From: Candidatus Nanoarchaeia archaeon
GTDB taxonomy: Archaea > Nanobdellota > Nanobdellia > SCGC-AAA011-G17 > GW2011-AR17
NCBI GenBank assembly: GCA_028706745.1
Contig: JAQTVM010000005.1
Coordinates: 5,165 to 69,164 of the forward strand
Direction: 5' to 3'
Length of the DNA: 64,000 bases
The translations under genes and the position numbers were made by a program. Below, one piece after another: positions 1-9,957 of this stretch (within the stretch, counting starts at the first letter, position 1; every line of letters starts with the position of its first letter). The notes below the pieces were generated by a model. It had not been told where the DNA came from and ran no database searches. It saw only the letters and a list, made by a program, of their open reading frames with translations.

Positions 1-3000
1 TCCCAGTATGTGCTGAGGTTCTGCCATGTCACCTTTGAGTCATTTGAGAATGAAACAGTGTACCAAAGCGGCTTCAAGGGAGAGTGGCTCTGGTTCTTCC
101 ACGTGATGTTTATGTAAGTTTCGTTGAAGGCATCCCCTCCGAAAGGATAAGTTATGTTGACTGCGCCGCAGTCGTCAGAGGGTATTAAAGGGGAGCCGGC
201 TGCATAGAAGTTTCCTTCATCAACGCCGTTGTAATTAACGCAGAAGTCGTTGCCTGCGGTTGTTCCTTGTATTTCGCCCGTGCTTTCAATGTTATTAATC
301 CATATCCTGTTGCCTGTGCCTACTATGGCAAGCGGATAACCGCTTCCGCTTGAATTTATTATATTGCCGTATACATCTGTTTCATTATAGAACATTATGC
401 CCGTGCCCCCATTAGCAGTAATATTGTTAAAGCTGATGTTTCCGAATCTTACAAATATAAGCCCCCAGTCTATAATTCCGTTACTGCTTTCGCCAACCAA
501 ATAGATGGTGTTTCGGTATATTGTCTCATTGTTGCCTATTGTTGTTATTCCGGTTGATGAAGCAGTGCCCCTGATGTCATTGTAAGCTATATATGAGAGA
601 TTGGAATTTGTGGCATAAACTGCCTGTGAGCTTTCGTCAGCCAGCGTGAAATTATTATATGTTATGCGCATGCTATTGGAGCCTTGCCCTGCATACACCC
701 CATAAGCTGTATTGTTATGGAAATTATTTTGTTTCAGGGTGTTGTTTTTTCCGGAAGTAATGCGCGCGCCTTGGCTGTATTCATTTATTGTGCAGCCGGT
801 AAAGTTAATATTATGTTCGCCTGAGATAATTAAGCCGTATCCTGTGTCTTTGCCTTGCATTATCGTGTCAGCGCATTGTATTAGCGTATTATTGCTGTTT
901 GTCTGTATCAGCCCGTCTTCTGCCGCATCAGCAACTTCATACGTTCCCGGGCACAACAGCGTATCCTTTGTGATAACCTTGTTGTCAACCGGCGACTCGC
1001 ACACTGTCTCTGTCGTTAACAGGAAGGACACTGTGTTTTGGTATATTCTTTCTGTGTCATATGAAATAAGCTGTCCGTTTGCCCCTGTGTCATCCTCTAT
1101 TCCTATTGTTGCAGTCTCTCCGTAGTTGCCGTCTTCAACACTAGCCTTGTAATAAGCGTCATAATAATTAAAGCGGATGTTGTTTGTTGTTTCATAGAGT
1201 ATTGCCTGGAATGTTATATTGCCAAACCCGCCTGAGCCGTTTGCAACCTCGTGCCATTCTGCTATGAACCTCCTGTAAGGGGCAACTCCTGCTGTTTTCA
1301 CGTAAACATTTCCCTGATTGTTGCTTCCGGAAGAATTGAAGTCATCCCACCAAGGCGCTATCACGCTTTCAGGGCCGTCTGTTGACGGAATGAAGTAATT
1401 TGTTTCTGAAATTGCAGAAGTCAGGTCAAATGTCATATACCCCTCTGTTGTCACATTGATTGAAGTGTATGTATTTCCATAGAAGCTGAAGTTAAAGCCG
1501 AGAGGGGTATAATTCCCGCCGCGCGCCTTGTTCGGGAAGTAAAGAGCAGTGCCTGTCGTGTTTATCTCCTCCCATTCATAGCTCATGTTGAACGGCTGCC
1601 TGTTTGCGTTATAGTTTACAGTGGGCCCGTAGAATGATACAACGCTCTTGTTTGTCAGCGCAGGCATTCCAACGCTGTAATTAATTGCCAATGTTGATGA
1701 CTTGTTCTGTATTCCGACTGTTGCAGATGCGCCGTAGCTTTTTGAATTTCCATAGCCCATATCCTTGTACACAACCATTGAGTTGTTGTGCGCTTCAAAC
1801 AGTATTACTTCAAACGTGATTCCGCCTTTGTAATCTCCCTTGAATGAAACATTGTAATATTCAACAGCAAACAGCCTGTTTGGAGCTGTTCCTGTTGTAT
1901 ATGAGTATATGCTTCCCGCCCCGTTGTTGCCAAGGTCCAAGTCGTCCCAGAATCCGAAAATGCTGTCATTGTACTTTGCAGTCGGAAGGTTTGAGTTTGC
2001 GCCCGGGCTTGTTACTCCGGCAGCAGGCCCGAATGTCAATACTCCGTCAGCTGTTATGTTTACCTTGGAGTATGTATTTCCGAAGAAATTAAAGTTAAAA
2101 CCTATGCTTGTGCTGTTATATCCTGTGTCATTGTCGCTCATTGCAACCTTTAGCGGCGCAAGCGCTATTTCTCCCCAGCTGTATCCTCCCGGGAATGTAT
2201 TGTTTCTCTTGTTGCCGAACTCGCCGTAAGGCACAGGCGTTATTGTTCCCGGGTTTGTCATCTCATATCCGGAAAGAACCCTTAATTCAGCAGTGCACAA
2301 AGTCTCACCATTTACATTCCCGTCATTCGGAGTGACGCAAGCCTGCCATGTCTCTCCCCCTTCTGTCTCCTGCTGGACAATCCTGTTTGTCTGGTTTGCA
2401 TACAGGGCAGCTATCTGTTGTGCTGACAGTGCTCTCTTCCAGATTCTCACCTCGTCTATTGTTCCGTTGAACCACTGCGCTGTTTCGTCAGGGTTCCAGT
2501 GCCTTCCAATCCAAAGCGGGTCATCATTTGTCGGCATTGCGTCCCTGTATTCATTTGAAGAAGTATTTTTCAGCAATCCGTCAACATAAATGCTCATGTT
2601 TGTTGAATCGTAAGTTGCTACAATGTGGTGCCATTTGTTGTCTGTTATTGAGCCGCCTGCTGTCATGTTATACGAGCGTGTTGAATTCTTTATCAGGAAC
2701 TGCCCGCCGTTGATGGCGCTGAGCGCGTATGGGACTTCTTCTTTTGGAAGATTATATGTAACTGTGATATTTATGTAAGCATTGGTTCCTTCCAGAATAT
2801 ACCAGCTTCCGAGCTGCTTGTAAATATACAACTTGTTGTTTGCAGATATATTGTAATGAGTCATGTCTTCTGTTCCCACTATAGCATAGGGCGCAGGATA
2901 ATCAAAATAAGTGACGCAGTTTGCACCAATACCTCCAAGATTATCATTGTTATAGAATACAATATCATTTAATACCCAATCTGCATAGCTGTCTGCCTCA

Positions 3001-6000
3001 TAGTGCGCTGTGTAATGCGGGTCAATTGTTATTGCAGTTATGGTTGTTCCAGGAGATAGTGTGTCTGTCCAGTTGCACATTACATATGATTCTCTTGAAC
3101 CATCAACATAACCCGAGGGATTTCCCCACCCGGATGTTGCCCCGCAGGAACCCCAAGTCCATGCTGTATTGGGTTGGCAGTTTGCTGCGGTAGTATCCAT
3201 TGTCAATTTATATGTTATGTTTGCAGTCGGCGAGGGGTCTTTAGCCACAATATACCCTGCGCTCCCATTGGACTTTATCCACGCTTCCAGAGTTATTGCA
3301 GTTGTCAAGTCAAGGCTGGAATCGTCAGCAACTTCAATGTAATCATCAATCCCGTCAAATATGTAAGCACCCTTTCCGTCATATCCTGCTTCTATGTTGT
3401 ATGATGCGCCTCCTTCTACAGTCCCATTGTTCCCCTCCCCTGAATAGTCCTGTGTCCAGGTTGAGTTAGAGCCGCCTTCGAACGGCATGTTAAGAGCCAT
3501 AAGCGAAACCCCGTCCTTGTACCAGCTCCATATGTTCTTTACAGCGTCCCCTTCAGGGTCTGATGTTGAGACATTGAATGCAGTTATGTTCTCAGTTGTA
3601 AGGTTAGTGCCGTACGTCGTGTTTATGGTTGGAGCGGAGTGCGTCGGTGGGGAGCCGAGTATTGTCAGGTTTGCTGTGCATAACGTAGCCCCATCCTGCG
3701 TCCCGTCATTCGGCGTCACGCACGCCTGCCAGATGTCTCCTACTGAGGTCATTGACTGCTCTATCCTGTCGTATCTTGGAACTCCTCCATTGTAATGCGT
3801 TGCAACCTGCGCAGCTGTAAGTGTTGTGTTCCAGATTCTTGCCCCGTCTATTGTGCCGTTAAAGGGATAATCATCCGGCAGTGTGTTGCCCGAAGTGCCG
3901 ATGCCAATGAAAGTGGGGTTTGCATTGTTGATATTCCAGGGCGCAATTATTGCGCTTCCCGCCGGAGCGCCATCCTTGTATGCAGTCATGTTCCAGTTGG
4001 AGCTGTTAAAGGTGATAACAGTGTGCACCCATGAGCCTGTTGTGAAGAATCCGTTTAGGTCTAGAGAGTAAATATTATTTACATATATTAAAAGCCTGTT
4101 TCCCGCGCCGTATTGGGTTATAACATACCCGTTATTGCTTGCCCAAAACCCTCCTTTGTCAAATATTGCCTTTGCGTTTGCATCTGTTATGTTTGGCAAT
4201 ACCCATGCTTCAAGCGAGAAGCTTTTATTGTATAGATTAATATAACTTGTATTTATGTAATCATCAATTCCGTCAAAGTAATAAGCGCCTCCTGACTTGC
4301 CCCCTGAAGTCCATCTGGGAGTTTTTGAAGCAGTTCCTGAGCCGCCTGTGCCGTTATTATTGTTTCCGGAATAATCCCTTATGATATTTGGAATGCTGCT
4401 GTTGGCATAATTAGTGTCAAACGGCATGTTCAATAAGGCAATAGGCGCCCCGTTCTTCTTCCAGTCCCATATGTTTGTGAGAGTGTTCGTGCTTGACACG
4501 TTGAATGCAGTGATGTTCTCATTGTCATAGTTCGTGCCAAGGGTCGTGTTTATGGTGGGGGTTGATTGTGATGGCGTAGTGCCGCCTGAAATCTCTAAAA
4601 TAGTTATATCAACTCTTCCGTTTCCCCTATTTGCTCCTGTGGAATTGGATGTGCCTGTTCCTGCGTTATAAGAACCTCCGCCGCCGCCGTATTCAGGATA
4701 GTTCCCCCATTCACTCCATCCTGCCCCGCCACCTCCTGAATAACCGCCTCCGCCTGAACCTGAATAACCAGAAGCCCCTCCGCCAAAGCCTCCTTCCCCA
4801 TATTGGAAGCTGTATGCTTCTCCGCCAGTGCCTCCGTTTTTAAATGAATATCCTTTTTTTCCAAATGCACTGCCATTATATCCATCAGTATTAAATCCGC
4901 CACCACTTCCACCGTAAACTGCTTGAGCACCGCCATCTCCACCCGTTCCTCCTGCGCTTCCCGGATAGTTTGAATGCCCATACCCTGCTTTTCCTGATGT
5001 GCCGGTGCTTGCATTCATATTAGCATCACCTAAAGAATCATCACTGTATATCATACTTGCCCCTCCCCCTCCACCGGCAACAATTAAAGGTGTATAATTA
5101 GACAATGAAACAAAACTGCCACCCCCTCCACCGCCGTGATAGAGAGCGCTACTCCCATTTTGCCCTACAATAATAGAAAGATTAGTTCCCTGTGTTAGGG
5201 TAAAATTACCTGCCATTTTTGTTCCATATCCTATTGGAATCGTTCCTTCGGCAGTACGCATGCCCCCCCCTGCGCCCCATACTTCAATCCTATATATCCC
5301 TGTTGCAGGCACTGTCCAGTTCTGTATGCCTGTGCTGCCGACAGTTACATTGCCTGTAAGTGTTGTGCCTGTATAAGCTGTGTTGCATTGCGCTTGTGTT
5401 GGTCCTGTTTTATTTGCTACTTGACCGCAAGTTGTGAAATTGTAAACTGTTCCTACAGCAGGATCATGCGCATACGAACTAACGCTCCCAAAGTCATTCG
5501 CGAATGTGAAATTCAATGAGATGTATCCAGGCACGTCTATCTTATTCACAATGTAAGATGTCTTGCCGTCGCACGTATAATTAGGCAATAAGATTTTTCT
5601 TGATGCAATGCTCTCTGAATCAGAAATGTCTCCGTACCTCTTTTGGCTTTCATTCGTCACAACAAATAAATTATCAGTGATTCTTTCCTCGCCGCAATAT
5701 AATTCAAGCAATTTCATTTCGTTTTGCGTTTCAGCAACATCCTGCTTCATCTCTTCCCAAGGTCCTTGCAATCTGTCATTGAAAGGCATTATCGACAAGT
5801 TGCCTGTTCCTGTCGTGTTAAAGAATACAGTCCAATTAGAGCCAACAGCAGGGCTTTCATACACATTAATCACAGTAATCTCCAATTCAAACGTCTGGTT
5901 AGAAAGATGCGGCGCAATCCAAATCAAATTATCCTCAATTCCGTCTCCATCAGTGTCCTCTCCAATGGAATTCATCTTAATCCTTGAAGAATTCACAAGC

Positions 6001-7577
6001 CAATACACAGTGAACTGCCTTGCCTTGTAGTCAGTCAAAGGATATGCAACAGTAACATTCTTGTATTCAATCGGCGCAGACACAATGACTGTGATTTTAT
6101 TGTCTTCATACAATGGAGCGGATGGAGTTTCGCTGTCGGCTGCATCAGGCACTATGTCAGCAGACGGCGCGGGCGTCTCATAAAATATAAAATAATCAAC
6201 GCCCTGCTCAGGCTCCTCAACAGGAGCGTAGCTTTCATTGCCCGCATCCCTCTTCTTCAGCTTCTTGCCTTTCTTCCACAATTCCTCTTTTAATGCCTCC
6301 TTGTCTGCCTTGCTCCAATGCTCTCTTCCCCAGATGCCCCTTAATCCTTTTGCCTCCAAATCCGCCTTTTTCACCAGCGTGATGTCTTCTGCCTCATTGT
6401 AGAAAGTTTCCGCCTCTCTCTCCCCTCCCACAATCTGCCTCATCCACAATACATTCTCTCCTGTCCTTATCCCGCCTACTGCTTCGTCATCAAATGTGTG
6501 AGTCAGATTCAAGCCAGTCAGATTAAACTCAATTGTCGCATTTGTTATGTTTTCAGGCATAGTGATGTTCAAAGGCTCTGTTATGTTCAGCTCTTCTGTG
6601 ATATTCTCAGGTAGTGTTATGTTTGTGGTTTCATTCACAGGTTCAGTAATATTAAGCTCAATCTCTGTCTCATTCACCGACTCTTCAGTGATTTCAGTTA
6701 TGTTCTCTTCAATCGGAATCTCTGTCACGTTTTCCAAAGGCGCTTCTGTTGCGTTTTCCGGAGGTTCGTAGTAAGTAGTGTTCGGCTCTTCTGTTATGTT
6801 TTCCTCAATTGGCAATTCAGTTATGTTTTCTGCTGTCGGCTCTTCAATTATCTCTGTTGCATTTTCTTCTGTCACATTTTCAATTGCATACTCCGCCCGC
6901 CTGCTTTCCGCCAATAATCCGGAAACAATCAAATCAACATAAACTGTTCCGGAAGACGGAATTGAAAACGTCTCCAAATCAACAGAAACAATGTTCTCAG
7001 AAACAAATTCAGACAATGCCCTGTCTTCAGAATACTCGTTTATTGAAACTCTCACAAAAGAATTTCCCACGTCCCAGCTTTCGTTGAGGGGAAATTCAAC
7101 AGTCACAAAGCCGGTTATTGCATTGCCCAGGAAAAAAGCGCCCACAAGGGCGAAAACAACAAAGAAGGGTATGAGGTAAGCTGAATTGACGTGCTTGTGG
7201 AAGGGCTTTTTTTTATGGGGAATTTCCACTTTTGCTTCAAGTGTTTTAACTCCTGTTTTCTCATCGCAAATCTGCTCAAGCTCTGCAATGGCCATCTTTG
7301 CCTGCAGCTTGTAATTCTCGTAGTAGAAAAGCCATTCATTCAATGACTTTCCCCTCAAATAATGGGAAAGAAGCCATTCATACTCGGCGTAAGTTATGCG
7401 CTCAGACGCAAGATATCCCTTGAACTCGTTTGCCTTGAAAAGAAGCTGGTTCTGTCGCTCATCTGCCTCAGAAATATTCTTTCTCAACAGCTTTATTTTC
7501 TCAGTGTTTGACAATATAGAATTCTCTGCTTTAAACAGCCCCTCACTTCTAAAATCCCACGCGCCTCTTTTCCCCAT
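1..7577 (-). CDS. Giant membrane-anchored surface/adhesin protein (>2525 aa, 3' end outside window): TM anchor, N-x-T-rich stalk, Gly-rich ALK/LTK-like domain, 2x LamG, 2x nidogen-like, right-handed beta-helix
   Basis: Translated by hand from ATG at 7577 (MGKRGAWDF...), with a TATA-like TTTATAAG about 30 nt upstream. The frame is consistent down to base 3. Motifs: TM YLIPFFVVFALVGAFFLG; LamG motifs FDGIDDYI, WHHIVATYD, FNGTIDEVRIW; nidogen-like GFNFNFFGNTY...FWDDL; beta-helix NNFHNNTAYGVY. Absent from the ORF track, presumably because no stop lies in the window. Confidence 0.88.
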   Translation of the reverse strand, partial: MGKRGAWDFRSEGLFKAENSILSNTEKIKLLRKNISEADERQNQLLFKANEFKGYLASERITYAEYEWLLSHYLRGKSLNEWLFYYENYKLQAKMAIAELEQICDEKTGVKTLEAKVEIPHKKKPFHKHVNSAYLIPFFVVFALVGAFFLGNAITGFVTVEFPLNESWDVGNSFVRVSINEYSEDRALSEFVSENIVSVDLETFSIPSSGTVYVDLIVSGLLAESRRAEYAIENVTEENATEIIEEPTAENITELPIEENITEEPNTTYYEPPENATEAPLENVTEIPIEENITEITEESVNETEIELNITEPVNETTNITLPENITEELNITEPLNITMPENITNATIEFNLTGLNLTHTFDDEAVGGIRTGENVLWMRQIVGGEREAETFYNEAEDITLVKKADLEAKGLRGIWGREHWSKADKEALKEELWKKGKKLKKRDAGNESYAPVEEPEQGVDYFIFYETPAPSADIVPDAADSETPSAPLYEDNKITVIVSAPIEYKNVTVAYPLTDYKARQFTVYWLVNSSRIKMNSIGEDTDGDGIEDNLIWIAPHLSNQTFELEITVINVYESPAVGSNWTVFFNTTGTGNLSIMPFNDRLQGPWEEMKQDVAETQNEMKLLELYCGEERITDNLFVVTNESQKRYGDISDSESIASRKILLPNYTCDGKTSYIVNKIDVPGYISLNFTFANDFGSVSSYAHDPAVGTVYNFTTCGQVANKTGPTQAQCNTAYTGTTLTGNVTVGSTGIQNWTVPATGIYRIEVWGAGGGMRTAEGTIPIGYGTKMAGNFTLTQGTNLSIIVGQNGSSALYHGGGGGGSFVSLSNYTPLIVAGGGGGASMIYSDDSLGDANMNASTGTSGKAGYGHSNYPGSAGGTGGDGGAQAVYGGSGGGFNTDGYNGSAFGKKGYSFKNGGTGGEAYSFQYGEGGFGGGASGYSGSGGGGYSGGGGAGWSEWGNYPEYGGGGGSYNAGTGTSNSTGANRGNGRVDITILEISGGTTPSQSTPTINTTLGTNYDNENITAFNVSSTNTLTNIWDWKKNGAPIALLNMPFDTNYANSSIPNIIRDYSGNNNNGTGGSGTASKTPRWTSGGKSGGAYYFDGIDDYINTSYINLYNKSFSLEAWVLPNITDANAKAIFDKGGFWASNNGYVITQYGAGNRLLIYVNNIYSLDLNGFFTTGSWVHTVITFNSSNWNMTAYKDGAPAGSAIIAPWNINNANPTFIGIGTSGNTLPDDYPFNGTIDGARIWNTTLTAAQVATHYNGGVPRYDRIEQSMTSVGDIWQACVTPNDGTQDGATLCTANLTILGSPPTHSAPTINTTYGTNLTTENITAFNVSTSDPEGDAVKNIWSWYKDGVSLMALNMPFEGGSNSTWTQDYSGEGNNGTVEGGASYNIEAGYDGKGAYIFDGIDDYIEVADDSSLDLTTAITLEAWIKSNGSAGYIVAKDPSPTANITYKLTMDTTAANCQPNTAWTWGSCGATSGWGNPSGYVDGSRESYVMCNWTDTLSPGTTITAITIDPHYTAHYEADSYADWVLNDIVFYNNDNLGGIGANCVTYFDYPAPYAIVGTEDMTHYNISANNKLYIYKQLGSWYILEGTNAYINITVTYNLPKEEVPYALSAINGGQFLIKNSTRSYNMTAGGSITDNKWHHIVATYDSTNMSIYVDGLLKNTSSNEYRDAMPTNDDPLWIGRHWNPDETAQWFNGTIDEVRIWKRALSAQQIAALYANQTNRIVQQETEGGETWQACVTPNDGNVNGETLCTAELRVLSGYEMTNPGTITPVPYGEFGNKRNNTFPGGYSWGEIALAPLKVAMSDNDTGYNSTSIGFNFNFFGNTYSKVNITADGVLTFGPAAGVTSPGANSNLPTAKYNDSIFGFWDDLDLGNNGAGSIYSYTTGTAPNRLFAVEYYNVSFKGDYKGGITFEVILFEAHNNSMVVYKDMGYGNSKSYGASATVGIQNKSSTLAINYSVGMPALTNKSVVSFYGPTVNYNANRQPFNMSYEWEEINTTGTALYFPNKARGGNYTPLGFNFSFYGNTYTSINVTTEGYMTFDLTSAISETNYFIPSTDGPESVIAPWWDDFNSSGSNNQGNVYVKTAGVAPYRRFIAEWHEVANGSGGFGNITFQAILYETTNNIRFNYYDAYYKASVEDGNYGETATIGIEDDTGANGQLISYDTERIYQNTVSFLLTTETVCESPVDNKVITKDTLLCPGTYEVADAAEDGLIQTNSNNTLIQCADTIMQGKDTGYGLIISGEHNINFTGCTINEYSQGARITSGKNNTLKQNNFHNNTAYGVYAGQGSNSMRITYNNFTLADESSQAVYATNSNLSYIAYNDIRGTASSTGITTIGNNETIYRNTIYLVGESSNGIIDWGLIFVRFGNISFNNITANGGTGIMFYNETDVYGNIINSSGSGYPLAIVGTGNRIWINNIESTGEIQGTTAGNDFCVNYNGVDEGNFYAAGSPLIPSDDCGAVNITYPFGGDAFNETYINITWKNQSHSPLKPLWYTVSFSNDSKVTWQNLSTYW

Positions 7578-7616
7578 AAAACTGATAAAAAAGAGCAAAA
7601 ATGCCCTTATAAACCC

Positions 7617-7752
7617 CCCGTCGTCTATGTCGTCGTCTAATTAAGTCAGATGTCTAACTCGGCGTCTTAAATTAATTAAAACACTTTTCCCGTCGTCAAA
7701 ACAAGAAATATCTAACCTCTCTGACTAAATGAGTCAGATGTCTGCGTCAAGC
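7617..7752. repeat. Intergenic cluster of short repeats and a palindrome (CGTCGTC x3, AGTCAGATGTCT x2, TCTGACT-N5-AGTCAGA)
   Basis: Read directly. AGTCAGATGTCT is at 7644-7655 and 7732-7743; the palindrome is at 7720-7738. Confidence 0.7.
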
Positions 7753-9078
7753 AGGAATCGTTTTGCTTCCTTTAAGCAGCCATTTCCACAGGGGCATAAA
7801 TTTCACTTTTTTCTTTATGCCGAACCAGCTCACATTCTTCTCTTTTTCCCCGCTTTCAGTCAAAACAAGAAGGTTATTGCACTTAAGCTCCTTGCCCGCA
7901 GTAATCAACGCCCTTAGCTCCCTTTCTTCAGCTTTCCTGCCGGAGACATCAACTGAAACCTGAATAAGCTGCTTTGGCTTTGATTTCTCAGTCACAACAA
8001 AATCAACTTCATAATCTTGCGGCTCAATCCGGTAATAAAATATATCCATCAATGGGCGCTCTGCCTGCATGCGCTTTAAATGCAGGAATGCAATGTTTTC
8101 ATATAACCTTCCCGCATCTTCTCCGGGGGACTTTATAATGCTTTTCAGCCCTGTATCGTTAAGATACAGCTTTGGCATTGATGATTCGCTTTTTTTTGCT
8201 GAAAATGAAAATTTTTTTATAAGGAATATGAAAAAAGACTCTTCCAGGCAGCCATTATATACATAAAGCGTATTTTTGCTTGCTTCCATTTCGGCAGATT
8301 TTGCTGCAAGAAACAGATTATTCAGCGAAAGCAATTTTCCAAAGGAGGCAAGAGAGGAATTCATAAGAAACTTTACAAGGGCGGGATTCTTAATTTTATA
8401 CCTCTCCATTATATCCTTAAATACCACTAAATCCAGATAGTCCCTGTAAAACTTATCAGCTGTTTCCGGGCTAAGCACGGCGTCCGGAAATCCGCCTGAA
8501 GACATATAACTCCTCAGGCTGCGCTTGAGCATATTTTCTTCGCTGGAGCTTAGATACCCTGTTTTTGCCTTTATGCCTTGAACTGCAAGAAATTCTGAAA
8601 ATGAAAAAGGGAGTATAAGATATGCAAGAGAGCGCCCGCGGAGCATGGTTGCAATCTCCTTTGAAAGCACTTTTGAGGAAGAGCCTGACAGGAATATGCG
8701 GTAGCGTTTTGATTCATAAAGCGAATTAACAGCCCGTTCCCATCCCTTCAGCGCCTGAATCTCGTCAAAAAACAAGTATAGCGGCTTCCTGCCGTATATC
8801 TGTTCATGGGTGTTTATCAGCTCTTTTACGCCGCTCGCCGCTATTCCGGATATTTCTGCATTCTCAAAATTCACAAAAATAAATTCTTCATCTCTTAGTT
8901 TTTGCCTGTTTCGTATTATATCATACATAATATAAGTTTTGCCCGCCCGCCTTGGTCCGACGAGTGATATTATAAACGCCTCTGTAAAAGGAAGATTTAT
9001 CTCGCGCCCTTTAACCGGGAGCCTCTTAATGTCTTCCTTTTTGTCCAGCAGGTATCTGCGCACATCATCATTTTTCAT
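7747..9078 (-). CDS. ATP-binding protein, AAA_14 + DUF4143 family (AAA+ ATPase, wHTH, C-terminal PD-(D/E)xK-like domain)
   Basis: Walker A GPRRAGKT, Walker B FFDEIQ, SGSS, GGFP, and KLYLNDTG...YENIAF...EVDF motifs. Confidence 0.9.
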   Translation of the reverse strand: MKNDDVRRYLLDKKEDIKRLPVKGREINLPFTEAFIISLVGPRRAGKTYIMYDIIRNRQKLRDEEFIFVNFENAEISGIAASGVKELINTHEQIYGRKPLYLFFDEIQALKGWERAVNSLYESKRYRIFLSGSSSKVLSKEIATMLRGRSLAYLILPFSFSEFLAVQGIKAKTGYLSSSEENMLKRSLRSYMSSGGFPDAVLSPETADKFYRDYLDLVVFKDIMERYKIKNPALVKFLMNSSLASFGKLLSLNNLFLAAKSAEMEASKNTLYVYNGCLEESFFIFLIKKFSFSAKKSESSMPKLYLNDTGLKSIIKSPGEDAGRLYENIAFLHLKRMQAERPLMDIFYYRIEPQDYEVDFVVTEKSKPKQLIQVSVDVSGRKAEERELRALITAGKELKCNNLLVLTESGEKEKNVSWFGIKKKVKFMPLWKWLLKGSKTIPA

Positions 9079-9089
9079 GGTTATTTATG

Positions 9090-9117
9090 AGGGAAAAAAG
9101 TATATAAATCTTTCCCT
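9090..9117. promoter_or_regulatory. Inverted repeat AGGGAAA-N14-TTTCCCT bracketing the TATA box of the ATPase gene (putative operator)
   Basis: Read directly. The same motif and 14-nt spacing recur at 22711-22736, upstream of the paralogous ATPase. Confidence 0.55.
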
Positions 9118-9342
9118 ATATGGAAACTACCTTGAAAATGCATGCAAACAAGCTAAATCACTGTCCATTCCCTTGTCTTATACCTCAGCCCTCAAATCTC
9201 AAGAAAAGCTGTTTGCCTCTCTGCTTATTAACGATTAACAGGGTTATTTATTTAATTTCCTATTTTCTTTATAAAGAAGAAGGTCATTTCGTATATGCAG
9301 ACGCTTTCTACTGAAGAATGAAAGCGGTGCCAGATGTCTGCG

Positions 9343-9957
9343 TCAAGCGGAGCGAAACAACGGCTCCCAATTGCGCATCCGCCCTTTAATTATTTTCTGC
9401 ATCTTTTCAGGGTATTTTTTCAAATATGCCTCTATTTTTTTCAGATTGCATATCCTTAGAACATCCCTAAATGCTTCCGGGCTTAAGCTTTCCTTGAAAT
9501 ATGCCATGTCTATTACTGTTTTTTCAATGTCAGAGTAAGGGAGATACATCCCGCTCTGCTCATTGCTCTCAAACCCAAAGAAATAATCTTTTTTAATACG
9601 CCTCACAAGCACGTTGCTTCCCATTATTTGCCTTATGCCCTGCTTTACCCTCTGCGTTGTCACAATGACTGGTATTGTTTCCTGCTCTGTCAGGCCGTGA
9701 AAGCTCAATGCGTCCTGCAGCCCGAAGTATGCGGGCTGGAAGCAGAATACTGACAATAAGGTGTCATCTTTTGCAGTATACCATCCTTTTGCCAGCTTTT
9801 TTATTTTTCCTTTGGCAATTAGATTTTTTATTAACCGCTTTGCATACTGCTTTTTGTTTTTCCTGCCTGAAACTATTTTTTGAATGGAATCAAATCTTAC
9901 AACAGGGCTTTTGCTGAAAAGCGCTTCAACTCCGGGCAAATGCTTTACTTTTCCCAT
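9343..9957 (-). CDS. AbiEi-like type IV TA antitoxin / wHTH transcriptional regulator
   Basis: N-terminal wHTH (LIAKGKIKKLAKGWY), Y.GLQDALSFHGL and YSDIEKTVID motifs. Overlaps the AbiEii gene. Confidence 0.8.
   Translation of the reverse strand: MGKVKHLPGVEALFSKSPVVRFDSIQKIVSGRKNKKQYAKRLIKNLIAKGKIKKLAKGWYTAKDDTLLSVFCFQPAYFGLQDALSFHGLTEQETIPVIVTTQRVKQGIRQIMGSNVLVRRIKKDYFFGFESNEQSGMYLPYSDIEKTVIDMAYFKESLSPEAFRDVLRICNLKKIEAYLKKYPEKMQKIIKGRMRNWEPLFRSA

Larger units (their letters stand above)
7735..9348. mobile_element. Direct-repeat-bounded single-gene cassette (AAA ATPase)
   Basis: Identical 18-mer CAGATGTCTGCGTCAAGC at 7735-7752 and 9331-9348. Each copy contains the TGA stop of the adjacent minus-strand gene. 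Confidence 0.6.

Noticed and set aside
712..7644. Many short ORFs in the track, including 4604-5014 (-) and 7115-7339 (-)
   Set aside because: They are antisense or alternate-frame shadows of the giant minus-strand gene.
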